A stretch of 64,000 nucleotides of DNA from Camelus dromedarius (Eukaryota). Both the position numbers and the translations under genes were made by a program. The first letter of the stretch is position 1; each line of letters begins with the position of its first letter. The notes beneath the pieces are model-generated. The model was given only the letters and a program-made list of their open reading frames with translations. It was not told the DNA's origin and did no database searches. The DNA is taken from NCBI RefSeq assembly GCF_036321535.1, contig NC_087437.1:8742001-8806000 (forward strand), read 5' to 3'. Shown here one piece after another: positions 50,791-64,000 of this stretch.

Positions 50791-51334
50791 TGTTGACAGA
50801 AATAAAATGCACAACCTTAAAGTTAAGAGTTTCGTTTTATTTGGTGGATTTTCTTAGGAACTGAGCCCGGGACACTGCATCTCAGATCACTCTAAGAAGC
50901 TGTTCCAAAGTGGCAAGGTAGAAGCTAGGATATATGAGGCTTTGCAACAAAGGACAGGTAGTCCGAACATCAAAAGATTACTGTTAATTAAAGAAAACCA
51001 GACATCTCAAGTTAAGGAATTTCAAGCTTTCCTACGTATGCGAAGCTGGAAACGTCTCAGCTCATTGAAGTCACTCCTTTGATATGTACCGAGCTATGTA
51101 GGGCCAGTGTCCTATTCTTTCACATCCTGAGTTCCCTCAGACTACACCACTGAGGGTGGCAGCAGGGGCCTGGCTGCCCACTTGTCTGCATCCTGAGTTC
51201 CCTCCGCTCAGTCAGGGGTGGTGGTGGTGGCTGATGACTTGATGGCCGCAGCATTCTTTGTTTAATGTGGTTAATTCTTTAACAGCTGTCAATTCTTTGT
51301 TTAAGGATCTGGTTGGCAATATTTTTCATTCACA
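50791..51334 (-). mobile_element. ERV1-type solo LTR (544 bp; possibly the cetartiodactyl MER41-like family, name tentative)
   Basis: TG..CA termini; perfect TSD agtg (50787-50790 / 51335-51338); antisense AATAAA at ~50836; internal repeat catcctgagttccctc twice. Confidence 0.88.
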
Positions 51335-52697
51335 AGTGGCTCCTACTATTTTTCTTACACTGATTCAGCTGGACCAAGCAAAGGGGTGCTCTGTTTAAAT
51401 AAAACTTGTTTCATGGAGTTTTTTAGGGAGTTTAGAGTAGAAAAAATAAATAGATTGGGACTGAGGCATGAACTGGCTTTATTTTGCCCAGGAAAATGGT
51501 GATGCATGCTTGCTAAAGCCATGTTTTGCAGCTCACTATGGTGAAGAAGTAGTTTATTCAATCTATCAATCAATCATCTGTCTGTCCACCCATCCATCCA
51601 TCCATCCATCAATAAATTGATCTGCTTGTCTATTCACCTACCTACCTATCTATCCATTTATGCAATCTGACACTGACTTTTATAAAACAATAAAATATTT
51701 ACTGCATACATAAAATAAAGAATAAAGTCATAAAACATTTTAAAAAATTCTTAGAGTCATTGGACATTAACAAGTTGCTGTAACAGTTTCTAAATGCTTA
51801 CTCCTAAACCCTGCTCTCACCACGTAGACCTAACACTAACAGAGGGTGGGCGCACTGGCAGTGCTCTGAAGACCAGGTTGCGTGGTGCCGTGTGTGCTGT
51901 TCCAGCAGTGAAAGATGGGCAGCGTGTTCTCCTTCCCAAAGCCCCTTCACCAGATGGCGTAACACACATCTGAGAAAGAGCCAATTTCCCTGTTCACAGA
52001 GAGACTCAGAGTCCACTCATATCTTTTGCTTTGCTTTCCAAATGAGAAAACTTGATTCCAAAGCATCTAGCAACCCTGACACTCCTTGTTTTCCTGCCCG
52101 GTAACGTTCTCAGCCACAGAAAGATGTCAAAGGCTGGGAAGTCGCTAATGTAGCCCCGTCAGTTGTGGGTTACACACCTCACATCTCTTTGGCTAACACG
52201 GGCAGTTCCCTCCGAGAAGATCATGATTCACTTTCTCTGTGACAGATGGTGTATTCTTTAATGACGAACACTTAGATACTTTACAAGTGTGGTATTTCAT
52301 AATTGGTGCTTGTATGTTTGTGTGAACCTGAAGAGCATTAAGAATCCTTTAGGAAAAGACAGAAGCATCTTCAGCATAAAAAGGGAAATACAATTTTGCT
52401 GTTGTTGTTGGTGGTGGTGACTTAGAGTAATCATGTGGATAAGTGACAGGAATTGAGTCTGAAAAATCTAAATTCTATTTTTGATTCCCTCAGCTGTAGA
52501 AATGCTAGCCACCTATGAAATTTTAAATTTTCTGCTAGCCCTGTTACAAAATAAAAATAAATGAATTCGATTAACGTTACTATTATATTTTATTTAAATC
52601 AATACTTAAAAAATATAATTTCAAGATAAAAAAATTAGTAGGCTATTTCATATTACTTAATTTGTACTAAATATTCAAAATCTACTCTGTGTTTTTA

Positions 52698-53460
<763 letters not shown>

Positions 53461-56400
53461 CTCCCTGCTGTGTGTTTTATACTCACAGCTTAATTTCAAG
53501 TGCTTAATAGCCATAGATTGCTGAGAACTACCATATTGGTCAGATCCTGGGACAAGAGCCAGGGGCTGGCTCGGTGCTTTTGATGGGGGAAAGGAACAAG
53601 GTAAAGATGGAGGTCTGAAATCAAAAGGTAGACTTTGGGGTGAACAATGGAGAATTTTAGAGGGAAATCATGTTTTCTGTATGAGTGTATCCCTTCTCCT
53701 CCCATATGCACGTTTTAATCAATCTTTAGTAAAATATCCGTGTTTCAATACATTACTGGTGAATTAAAATTTCTTTGACAAGGTGGAGACATGCTAAATC
53801 CTTTTCCAGGGTTTTTAGTCACAGATACATTTGCAAGATCTAAACATATAAAAAATCTATTATATATATGGCTGATAAACTTTGAATTTGTTCTGGTTTT
53901 TGTCTTTACAGATTATTACAGCTATTTTTAGAAAACTTTACGTAGGCTATTATTTATGTAGGCAAACTCTTCATGTTGGACATGTAACATACTTCATAAT
54001 TTTAAAATATCATAATAAAATTAAAAAACCTGGTTATGACTAAGTCTCGGTGCACAACTCTGGGTATTTCCTTATGTGAGATTCTGGGAGTGGACTTAGG
54101 GAACCAAAGGTTATGCAAACATGAAAGTCTCTTGTCATCACCTTGAAATTTATTCTTACAGGATATTCAGTACATAGTAAGGCTCAGTTTACAGCATGAT
54201 TCCTTAAGTACTTACGTTTTTGATGGGGAATAGTGGCATATTGTCATTGTGGTTGCTCTTGTTTTCAGTTTCAAGTTTTGAATATTTATAAGGGTGAACA
54301 TTTCTCCTTGGTCTTGTGGGTCATGTTTGGTCTAATTTTATTTTTTTCTGAATTACTTGCTTCTATATTGTGCCTACCAGCCACGGCACTACTCTTTCTT
54401 CAGATTCCCTGCAATTCCCTGGTCAGCCTGGCTGGAGTGGGTTTGCAGAGAAATAAAGTGATGAAGGGGCCCTGCTGCTGGCAGAGATCTCACTCTTGGA
54501 CTGTGGTCATAATAAAATACACCACAGTTACAATCAGTTGAATCTTGGTAAGCAACTAAGCTAACCTTTGGAATAAATCTATATCTCCCTGAGGTCTGTC
54601 TGCTATAATAGCTACTACTAAAAAACCAGACAAATGCTTTGGGTTTTATAATTTAAGCTTTGCCATTCCCTTAGAAGACGATTGCTTTTTCTGAAAATAT
54701 ATCTGCCTGCAAAGAGCCTTGGGGCCTATGTGCTCCTTTTGCATTTGACCAGTCATTTAAAAAAAAAACATCCCTCGGAAGCTGGGACCTGTACAGGTGG
54801 AATCTGCTCTGCCTAGTAAATCAGTCAAGGCTAGAATTTCTTTGTGACTTTTTAAAGACACATTAGAGATTCTCAAAATTATTCTCTTTTAGTGGGGGAG
54901 GGGAAAATAATTCACGGGTGCTTCAAATGTAGCCAGAGTCTGTCCATTATGACTCTTTGATCACTCTTCCCTGACAGAACAGACTTATTCATCTGTAAAG
55001 TAAATATTTGCCCACCTGCTCTGTTCCATGTGCTCAACTGAAAAAGGGAGCCAAATGCAAAGAAGACATCTTTTTTTTTGCACTTGAAGAATTCAACTTT
55101 GATGAAAGAATAATACACATATATATGTAAATACGACATTAGGTGATAAGTCTTATATCATAAGTATATTCAGGGAGCTATTAGAGCATAAAGGAAAAGC
55201 ATAAACACACAGATGGGAAAAGGACTTACAAGGAAGTTGATATTTGCCCTAAGTTTCAGGAAATGAGTAGTAAGTTTACTGAGCAGAGAAGAAAGGGAAA
55301 AGAAAAAGACAGACCTGATAGAAAAGAAAAAACACAGACTGCCCCCATCGTTAAGGATGCTCTGGAGGATTTTAAATAGGAGAGTGGTGGTGATCAGAGC
55401 ACATCAGATCCTTGTGTCTCTTCTGTATGGCTATCAGTCGCCGGGCATGCTCTGCTTCAAACAGACTTGTGAAACACGTGTATGTCAGCTTAAAGAGAAA
55501 GCACATTGTCCAAGTTAAATACTAATGCAAATTAAGAAGAAGAGATAAAAGAATGTCCCTGAGGTCCCAAAGATGTGGAGGACTGCTTCGATCTAACAGC
55601 CTATTCTCCTCCCACGAGGACAGTAAATGAGAAGGGTGAACTTTGCATAATTGCCATGCTGGACATTTCTTTGGACTCAAATGCTTTCTATTATATTTGA
55701 AAATTTTAAACCAAAACATGACAGAAACAAAAATGCAGTTGACAAAGGACACCCTGCAATGTTTATAGTACATCATTTGTTTTTTCTGCATGTGCCTTTT
55801 AAAATTTGGGTATTTTGAACTGCAATCTGATGGCATCTGGGTAATAATCCCTGTGAAAATGATGCTGGAAAGTTCTTCAGTTTTGATAGACTCCCAAACA
55901 AGCAGGCAGAATAATCTTGAACAGGAAAAGAGAACAGTTTCCAACACCAGGGGAAATAAAGTGTAATGTAGTACTTTGACAACACTGAAGGTGACTTTTC
56001 CAAGCCATTGATTAGCAGGTCCATGCCCTGAAATTCAAGTCAGGGAGATTCATCACTGTTCTTTCAGTCACTAGAGTATTAAAAACCAAAATGCATCATT
56101 AACTCAGAAGTGGGCCATGCCATTTGGCAATAAGGGATCGACTTGACTTTGGCGAAAAAGCCATCTATGAAGATTCCTTGGACTTCAACACAAAAGGAAG
56201 TAATTGCTTTTTGCTTTAGAGATAAAAGCAATCATTTCCCTACTGTTATTCACTTTTGTCTATTTAGTCGAAAAGTGTAGATTGCTGGGCAGAGCCTTGG
56301 CATAGATGAGCTTTAATGACGAAAAGCAGGGTTGGACCTTGTCCTTGAAAGAATTTCAGTACATTTCCATGGTGATAGTCTACCAGGGAGAAGTTGGAAG

Positions 56401-56659
56401 GAACCTTAATTAAATGCCCCTTTCTCTCTGGTTTTGTCCAGAACTGAAAATAACTTACATTAAGTAGATAGCATTAGTTTCTATAAAGCTGGTTTTTAAA
56501 AAGGACATAATGCTGGTCAACAAGCAATTCTTCTTTTAAAAGTAACTGAAAAAAAAAAGCCTTTAGTGCAATCGTGTATTCCTAAAGGATCCTTTCCTGT
56601 GATATGGCAGGCAGATCAGTGGATGCTCATCAAAGCTCTGCGTCGGATTTCTGCTCACT

Positions 56660-56809
56660 AAGTAAGCCAAGTTATCCTGAAAAGCACAGCCTCTGTTCCA
56701 ACTCTCCTGAGCCTCAGTTTCTTCATCTGCAAAAATGAAACATAAGACTAATACTTTTCCTGTCTATCCAATAGGTGGTTTTAAGAATCAAATTAGACAA
56801 TGAAGAGCA

Positions 56810-56810
<1 letters not shown>
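56660..56810 (+). mobile_element. MIR SINE
   Basis: ctgagcctcagtttcttcatctgcaaaaatg...ggtggttttaagaatcaaattaga. Confidence 0.75.

Positions 56811-56813
<3 letters not shown>

Positions 56814-56865
<52 letters not shown>
56814..56865. repeat. Long perfect (TG)n microsatellite
   Basis: Read directly from the sequence. Confidence 0.97.
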
Positions 56866-56869
<4 letters not shown>

Positions 56870-57959
56870 CATGCTATTACCTCCTATATAGAGTCAGTAT
56901 ATTCATATCCATCCTGTGGATGCTGGATAAGCATTTTCAGTCCATTACCTTATTTAATCTTCATAACAACACTGCGCGGTCAGTAGAAAAGCTCACAGAA
57001 GTTGTAAGTTAATAAAAAGGCATTGTACTCTGGTTTTAGATATTTATGATACAGAGGTGATTTTGAGAGAATCCCTGATTTTAAAAAACAGACTGGTATG
57101 AGGATACAGATGTCAATAAATTGCAGTATAATGATAAAAAGGACACAGGGTATGGACACAGGTTATGAACACAGGTATGAGACTGAGTTTGCACGTAGGA
57201 GGAATGTTAACTGTCCCTGATGCAGGGGTGGAGGGTGATGGAAGAGGAGACAGGACTGTGTGAGCAGAGACAAGAATGTGTATACGTGGGGAGCAGCTGG
57301 TACATCAGAGGATGCTTCCTGTTGGAGAACTTTAAAATGCAACTTATCATCTTCTGAGATCCTAAGTTGACCTGGCAGACTGGAGGTGGAGAGCATTTCA
57401 GTTGAAAAAATAATGAGAATGCCTAGAAAGAAGATACATGAATATCATACAAATGCTATTTTATGTTAACTTGTATTAACATAAGTGCTTAATAATAAAA
57501 CAAGGAAGTAAATGAGGTAGACAGTGGGAAAATTTAGAATCTATCCTTCATCCACTATGATGATTAGATATGTCTTGAAGACAAAATAATGACAATGTTC
57601 AAATACATGCAGTCTTTTTCTTTCCTTCCTCTTGCTTGAGCTGCATTTATTTCAGCATTATTTAGTATTTTTTGGAGACTGAGACACTCCCCATATCTTT
57701 CTCTTCTATGGCCTATGTGGCCTCTGATAAGAATTCAACCACTCTTTTCTCTCCTCTAATGTAAATGTAATGTAGTGTAAATGTAATGTAAATGTAAAAA
57801 GTCAGGCAGTTTGGACTCTTTAGAACCAACATAGCCAACTCGGTGCCATAAAGTCTGAGCTGGTCAAAATACCTTGGAGTGGGTAGAGATGTGTCTTGTG
57901 GGCGGTCAAAATGTGGACCATGAAAGATGGGCATTGTAACAGCGGTAGTTTGGATCATA

Positions 57960-58350
57960 GCTTGTAGTTATTCAATATTTTGGCATGTACCTCTGCGTTG
58001 TCTCCCACTCTGGGCTGAGCATACGTCTCCATCAATGCTGACCTTGGATATGTGACTTGATTTGGCTAAAACATGACTTGAGCAGAAGGTTTAAAAGTGC
58101 TTGCCTGGTCTTGTTTGCATTCTGTGCTTCTTGTTCCATAAGAAAATCATGCCTCAGATAGTGGTTGTCCCTTCAGCCTGAGCTTCAGAATGAGACATGG
58201 TAGAACAGAACAAAACCTGGTCTGCAGCCAGGAGCCAAGTCCAACCAAACCCGCCAAAGCCCTCCAAAACTACAGATCCGTATTTCAACAACAATATTTG
58301 CTTATATGTAAGTCACTGGGACTTGCTGTTGGTTTTTATTCAGCAAAGAT
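57960..58350 (+). mobile_element. MLT1-family MaLR LTR
   Basis: ccttggatatgtgacttgatttggctaa...gtcccttcagcctgag...aatgagacatgg...gtaagtcactggg...tattcagca. Confidence 0.7.
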
Positions 58351-58446
58351 CAATTAATAGCCACTTTGGAAAACAGTTTGGCAGTTGCTTATAAAGTTAG
58401 ATGTCATTTCACTCAACAATTCCACTCCTGGAGATTTATATAAAAG

Positions 58447-59720
58447 AGTCTTCAGTAAGTGGCTTGGAAAACTGGACAGCTACATGTAAAAGAATGAAAT
58501 TAGAGCATTCTCTAACACCATATACAAAAATCAACTCACAATGGATTAAAGACCTGTGTAAGACTAGAAACTACAAAACTACTGGAGAAAAACATAGACA
58601 GAACATTCTTTGACATAAATTGCAGAAATATATTTTTTTGGATCTGCCTTCTAAAGTAAAGGAAATAAAAGCGAAAACAAACAGATGGGATCTAATTAAA
58701 CTTAAAAGATTTTGCACAGCAAAGGAACCCATTGACAAAACGAAAAGATAACCTATTGAAAGGGAGAAAATATTTGCAAATGATATCACTGATAAGGGAT
58801 TAATATCCAACATGTATAAACAGCTCATACAACTCACCATCAAAACAACAAACAACCAAATATAAGATGGGCAGAAGAACTCAATAGACATTTTTCCAAA
58901 TAGGAAGTGCAGATGGCTAACAGTCACATGAAAAGATGCTCAATATCATGAATCATCAGGGAAATGTAAATCAAAATCACAATGAGATGCCACCTCACAC
59001 CTGTCAGAATGGCTGTCATCAAAAAGAACACAAATGACAAATGTTGGCAAGGATGTGGAGAAAAGGGAACACTCGTACACTGTTGATGGGAATGTAAATT
59101 GGTGCAGCTACTATGGAAAATAGTATAGAGGTTTTTCAAAAAACTAAAAATAACACTACAATAAGACCGAGCAATTCCACTCCTGGGTATATGTCAGAAA
59201 GAAATCAAAAACACTAATTCAAAAGGATATGTGCACCCCAATGTTTATAGCCACACTATTTACAATTGCCAAGATATGAAAGAAACCTAAGTGTCCACCA
59301 ACAGATAAATGGATAAAGAAGATGTGATACACACACACACACACACACACAGCGAAATACTACTCATTCATAAAAAAGAATGAAAATTTGCCATTTGCAG
59401 CAAAATGCATGGATTGGAGGGCCTTACGCTAAGTGAAGTAAGTCAGACAGAAAAAAAAATACTATATGATATCACTTATATGTGGAATCTAAAAAATATA
59501 GCAAACTAGTGAATATAACAAAAAGGAGTCAGACTTACAGATCTAGAGAACAAACTAGTGGTTACCAGTGGGGGGAGGCAATTTAAGTATGAGGGAGTGG
59601 GGGTACAAACTATTGGGTATATGACACATTACAAGGATATATTGTACAGCATGGGGACTATAACCAGTATTTTGTAATAACTGTTAATAGAATGTAACCT
59701 TTAAAAATTACATAAAAATT
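58447..59720 (+). mobile_element. 5'-truncated L1 (ORF2 C-terminus plus 3'UTR) nested in an older L1 (~58355-58446 and ~59721-60150)
   Basis: ORF 58401-58613 contains [30 protein letters not shown]. Continuous L1 DNA runs to aatgtaacctttaaaaatt, with an internal (CA)n at ~59329-59350. The flanks are older L1 3' sequence. Confidence 0.92.
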
Positions 59721-60324
59721 AGAGAATCATTTATACAAATATGTTGATAGTAGTCATAAACTGGAAAATAAAAGTCCATTAACAGGTGAATAGACAAACA
59801 AGCTGTGGTATATCTATACAATAGAATAAAGAAATAAAAAGGAAAAAAAACTGGTTATATATAGAACAAACTGGATGCATCTCAAAAGCATTATGCTAAT
59901 TGATAGAAAACAAAATTGAAAGACTTTATAATGTATGATTCTATTCATATGAAATTTTAGAGAAGGCAAAACTATACTAACAGAAAACCAAGCAGGGGTT
60001 ATCAGAGCCCAGGGAAGGAATTAACTGCAAACAGATGCAAAATAACTTATGGGGATGGTGAGAATATTACATATTATTGTGGTGGTGGTTCCATGATTAT
60101 ATACATTTGCTAGAACTCATTAAATTATACATTTTTAATTGGTGAATTTTTTTGGTAAAGCTGATTTTTTTATGATTAAATAGGGACAAGAGCAAACATG
60201 CAAATTTCACAAATTATGAAAAGTATTACTGTAAAACAACAAACTTAACAAATCATTAAAAGCAGTTGGTACAGAAGTTCCTTCTTGGTTCATGACGTGC
60301 TTCATGACTTGGTAATTTTTTCTT

Positions 60325-60800
60325 TTTTTCATGACACTCCTAGGTCTAATGAAGTAACAAATGGTTCCATTTACTAAGTATGTCAAAACAATTTAAAAAG
60401 TATTTGTATTCTGAAAACTTAGCAGAAGTGTGTAAAAATAATCCTCATAACCCGCCCCCCACCTAAAAAGTTTTATTTCATTCTAAAATAGTCATAATTA
60501 CTAATGTTACTTGTCAAGGGCCATGTGACTTCTTGAACTTTGGAATCAGATTGGTCACTGTTACTGTCGCCTTCATTTTCTCGTTCATACTGAGTTGCAT
60601 GCAGTGCCGGCTTTCTGTCACGGCAACTGCTAAAAACTCGGCTTCACAAAGATGTGGCATCATCAGAAGGAACGTAGCACAATCTAATGCTGAAACCATG
60701 AACCACCTCAGTCTAATAATTCACACAGTGTCTGATGTCACTGTGTTTTCTTAAAAAGTTTAAAATATCCCTCAGTGCCGCTGTAACTGTGGGGTACTGC
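60325..60800 (-). mobile_element. hAT-Charlie (Charlie4-like) remnant with a decayed transposase C-terminus
   Basis: ORF 60514-60699 (HLCEAEFLAVAVTESRHCMQLSMNEKMK...NLIPKFKK) resembles the hAT C-terminal dimerisation motif (YLCE.GFS....IKSKYR.....E.EMRVA.S...P.F). Confidence 0.75.
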
Positions 60801-62702
60801 CAAAATTTATAAACCATGAGAGTAACACGAGAAGCCATTTTACCACATTCAACATTTTGGGTGAGGGGGCTTTGGGAGCTCTCTCAACGTGGGTTAACAA
60901 TAGTCTTTTCACATGACTTTGAGGTGTCACATTGATTTCTCCTGTGGTTATCCCTTAATTTTAAAAGGGTGGTACAGTCTCCCAAATGACTCCCAGTCTG
61001 AGACCTCAAAAAAGAGTGTTGGGGTCCAGTAAGTTCAAGAATTCTTCTCAAGGAGTTTATCAAGAGTGGACATACAGGGAAGAGAGAGATCTTCACAGCC
61101 CAAGGATATCGTTTGAATTTGATTTATTTTGTGCAGATGTAGTTCCAAATGATTGAGCTAAGAGAAACCAATCACAGTATGATGTGACAGTAATGTCAAT
61201 CCCAGCTGCAGAGTTAGCAAGACCCAGAGTCCAACTTCAAACAGAGCATTTATTCCATTCTTTTATTAGGAATCTATCAGAATTTGAACGAAAGAATAAA
61301 GGGTGTTTACTTTAAGATTGGACCTGCTTGTCTTCTTGCTAATATCTATGACTTAAGAAACAAAAGCCTTAGAGAGAGAATGCCTATATTCAGGTGTCAT
61401 ATGAGGCATGTGCCACAAGGGCAATGAAATCAAGACCATATGGACATCCAGAAATGGACTAACTCAGTTCACTTGCTGATATAAATTTCCAGAGATCTCA
61501 TGCCAGCTCTCTTTTGGGATCTTCTATGGTTTCTTAACCTTTTTGGATATTAGTTCCTCATCGTAAGTAAAATGATAGCTTTGATGATCCCCACGGACCC
61601 TTCCAACTCTTACTTCTCATAATTTTCTAAAGTCCTGGGTATGAGATCCATTATAACTTCAAAAATATTCATGAGGACAATCCCCAAATCCCAAATTTAT
61701 GTGAAAAAAAAAAAAGATCCCTTTACAGCAATGTATGCTGTATTTTCCTATGGGACAATACAGCACTTCTAAAAATGCCAACACAAAAACTCTGTTCACA
61801 AGGACTGAGTGGGGACTGAGAAAGTTTTCTTGGAATAAATGTAAATTGACCTAGTGATGATGTTTTGGTTTGGGAGCTAGCGGATTTAATTGTTCATCTA
61901 AGCCCTCTGCAAATATGGAAGCATCTTTGTGTTGTGAGAAGATGTGTAGAAACTGCTCTTTTTAATTCTCCTGTGAGGGAAAGAAATCATTTTTTCATGA
62001 AACCTATCAAAGCCAGAAAGATAACAAATTTCCAGATTCAGCTATTTTTGTAGACTGTGAAAGACTTTGTAATAAAAATGAATAAAATACTCTGCCAGCA
62101 TCAACTAAAATGAGACAAAAGATAGAGTGTTTGCCAGGCTTGGGACTAAAGTATTTATTCTCCCCTCAGTCTTTTAGAATAGCTGTCTATTGTAACCCAT
62201 GCTTGTCTCTTCTATTCTGTGATAAAGTGTCTTTATCAAGTTTGAAGAATAATATACAGGTAAAAGGTGTGGTTTTATAATATAGAAGGTGATCCTGTCT
62301 GAGAACTGTAGACTTCTATTTGACTTCCTGAAATTTTTGAATTTGGCTATCTGGGAGTGGCATCTCTGTGTGTGTCTATGTATCAATGTGTGTGTGTTTG
62401 TAATTGTCCTTGCATTCTTTAAAGCATTTTATTTCATTCAGATGTTGGCAGAATTCTGCACAAATTCTTTCACTATTTTATTTCCTTTTTGGGTTTACTT
62501 GAATATTTATTGAGCTCCTAGTATGCCGTGGACATTAAAAGTACTAAGATACAAAAATCACAGTCTGGTTGGAGACAGTAGCATGTAAAATGTTACAACA
62601 AAACTGAGATGACTCTTCAGAAACTAGAAGGATGTGGGTGAAGGAAAGGTATAGATGAACAGTGAGATGCATGTGAAAGGGTGTTGGAGTGGAAATCTAC
62701 AA

Positions 62703-62852
62703 CCTCTGTGCTCAAAGTGTGGTCCATGAACTAGCCTGGGTGCATCCAGAAGTTCATTAGAAATGCAGAATCCTGGGCCATACCTTTGAACTCCTGAATT
62801 TGAATCAAGATCCCAGCTAATTATTATGCATTAAAGTTTGTGAAGCTCTAGT
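62703..62852. mobile_element. MER5A-like hAT MITE
   Basis: ctcaaagtgtggtcc...ttagaaatgcagaatcctgggcc...caagatccc...attaaagtttg. Confidence 0.82.
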
Positions 62853-63819
62853 CTACATAAAGGATTTTATTTTATCTGTTAAATATGAGAGAAAGAAGTC
62901 TGAGAGAGGAGAAGATTGTGAATAAACTATTGGGGCAAGTGTGGAGAAGAAGATCTCATGTCTAATGGGAAACTGAAAAGTCTATGAAGATTTGTAATAG
63001 ATGCTTTGGGAATGAGAGTATGGCCAAGTAGTGATTTTAAATCTGGCTATTACCAGAAACCATATAAACAGATACTCAGATTCATACCATTTTCCCCAAC
63101 ACTGCATTTCTAGCTAGCTACAGAGTAGAGCTATCTGATCTGGGAGCGGTGATCCTAGACTTGGAACTCACAAATATTTAAGTTGCCATATCAGCTGATT
63201 GATTGATTGATTAACTAAAGATCGATAGCAAGCTCCCATGTCAATACATCTAGAGAAGACGAATGGGGACATACCACATGCATGGGAAGTTACTCTTTGG
63301 AACAAATGTCTGTTTCATCCCATGAACAATCTAGAATTTGCTTTTGAAATAATACAGAGTTTACCACAAGGGAACCATAGCATGAGGGTAGGTTCAGAGT
63401 CAGTGTATAATGTGAAAATTCTGCCTGGTCATGATAATCCTGGGAGGTCCCTTGAACATGCCAGCAGAAGCATCAGTGGCACATTTCAGTTAGTCCTGAA
63501 ATGTGTCTCCTCCCCCAGCATTTAAAACAGGGTATTTTCTTTTGTGATGAACACTCTACGAACTGGTTGGATTGTGTTCAGTGACAATTTTGTATGAAAA
63601 AATAAAGTCTTTTAACTTTTGGGTCACATTCAGCCTGAACCCTTCACCACATCTCCAAAGCCTTCTGGTGCTATTTGCACAAACAAATGCCTGTATGATT
63701 TGATTCCACTCTATGAGCGTTGTGAATCCACCTGAATTACCTCCTTTCCATCCTTCCAGGGAAGAACTCAAAGATACGGTGTCTGTTTATCAGGACGTTG
63801 AAAGAAAGTAACGTATGTT

Positions 63820-64000
63820 TTAAGCAATATTAATTTACATTGCTGGGATGCAATTATCAAACTACAAGATGCACAGATCAAATGCACTGACATACAATCA
63901 TTTTAGATTTCACAATTGAGTACCTTCATGCCACCACCACCCAAAAGAAAAACACATAACATTATCACCTCACTATGTTAAACAATACGTCTTTCCTCTC
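63820..64000 (-). mobile_element. Old L1 3'UTR end (runs off the window)
   Basis: gatgcacagatcaaatgcac...ccaccaccacccaaa...taacattatcacc resembles an antisense L1M 3' terminus. Confidence 0.5.

Noticed and set aside
60514..60699. Domesticated hAT/ZBED-like gene
   Set aside because: Only a short, degenerate C-terminal piece inside a decayed Charlie element.

Overview
AT-rich mammalian non-coding DNA (intronic or intergenic), very probably from a camelid. That call rests on the L1 3' ends and a tRNA-derived SINE that I recall as camelid types; no search was run. I recognise no host protein-coding gene, tRNA, rRNA or miRNA. The only ORFs with recognisable homology are decayed L1 ORF2 pieces and a hAT/Charlie transposase remnant. 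The window is a layered transposon record: ancient MIR/L2/L3, hAT MITEs, MaLR and ERVL LTRs, five ERV1-type solo LTRs (four with readable 4-bp TSDs), several truncated L1s with TSDs, and one SINE whose A-rich linker has expanded into a ~645-bp (CTTT/CCTT)n tract. I did not find a convincing undescribed biological system. The oddities most worth checking are: an orphan ~100-bp L1 endonuclease-domain insert; two short dispersed duplications (60 bp and 33 bp); an L2 remnant apparently rewritten towards G/C; a flipped B-box in the SINE; and + strand splice/polyA signals that could belong to an unannotated lncRNA or UTR. Repeat family names come from memory of consensus sequences, and boundaries without TSDs are approximate.
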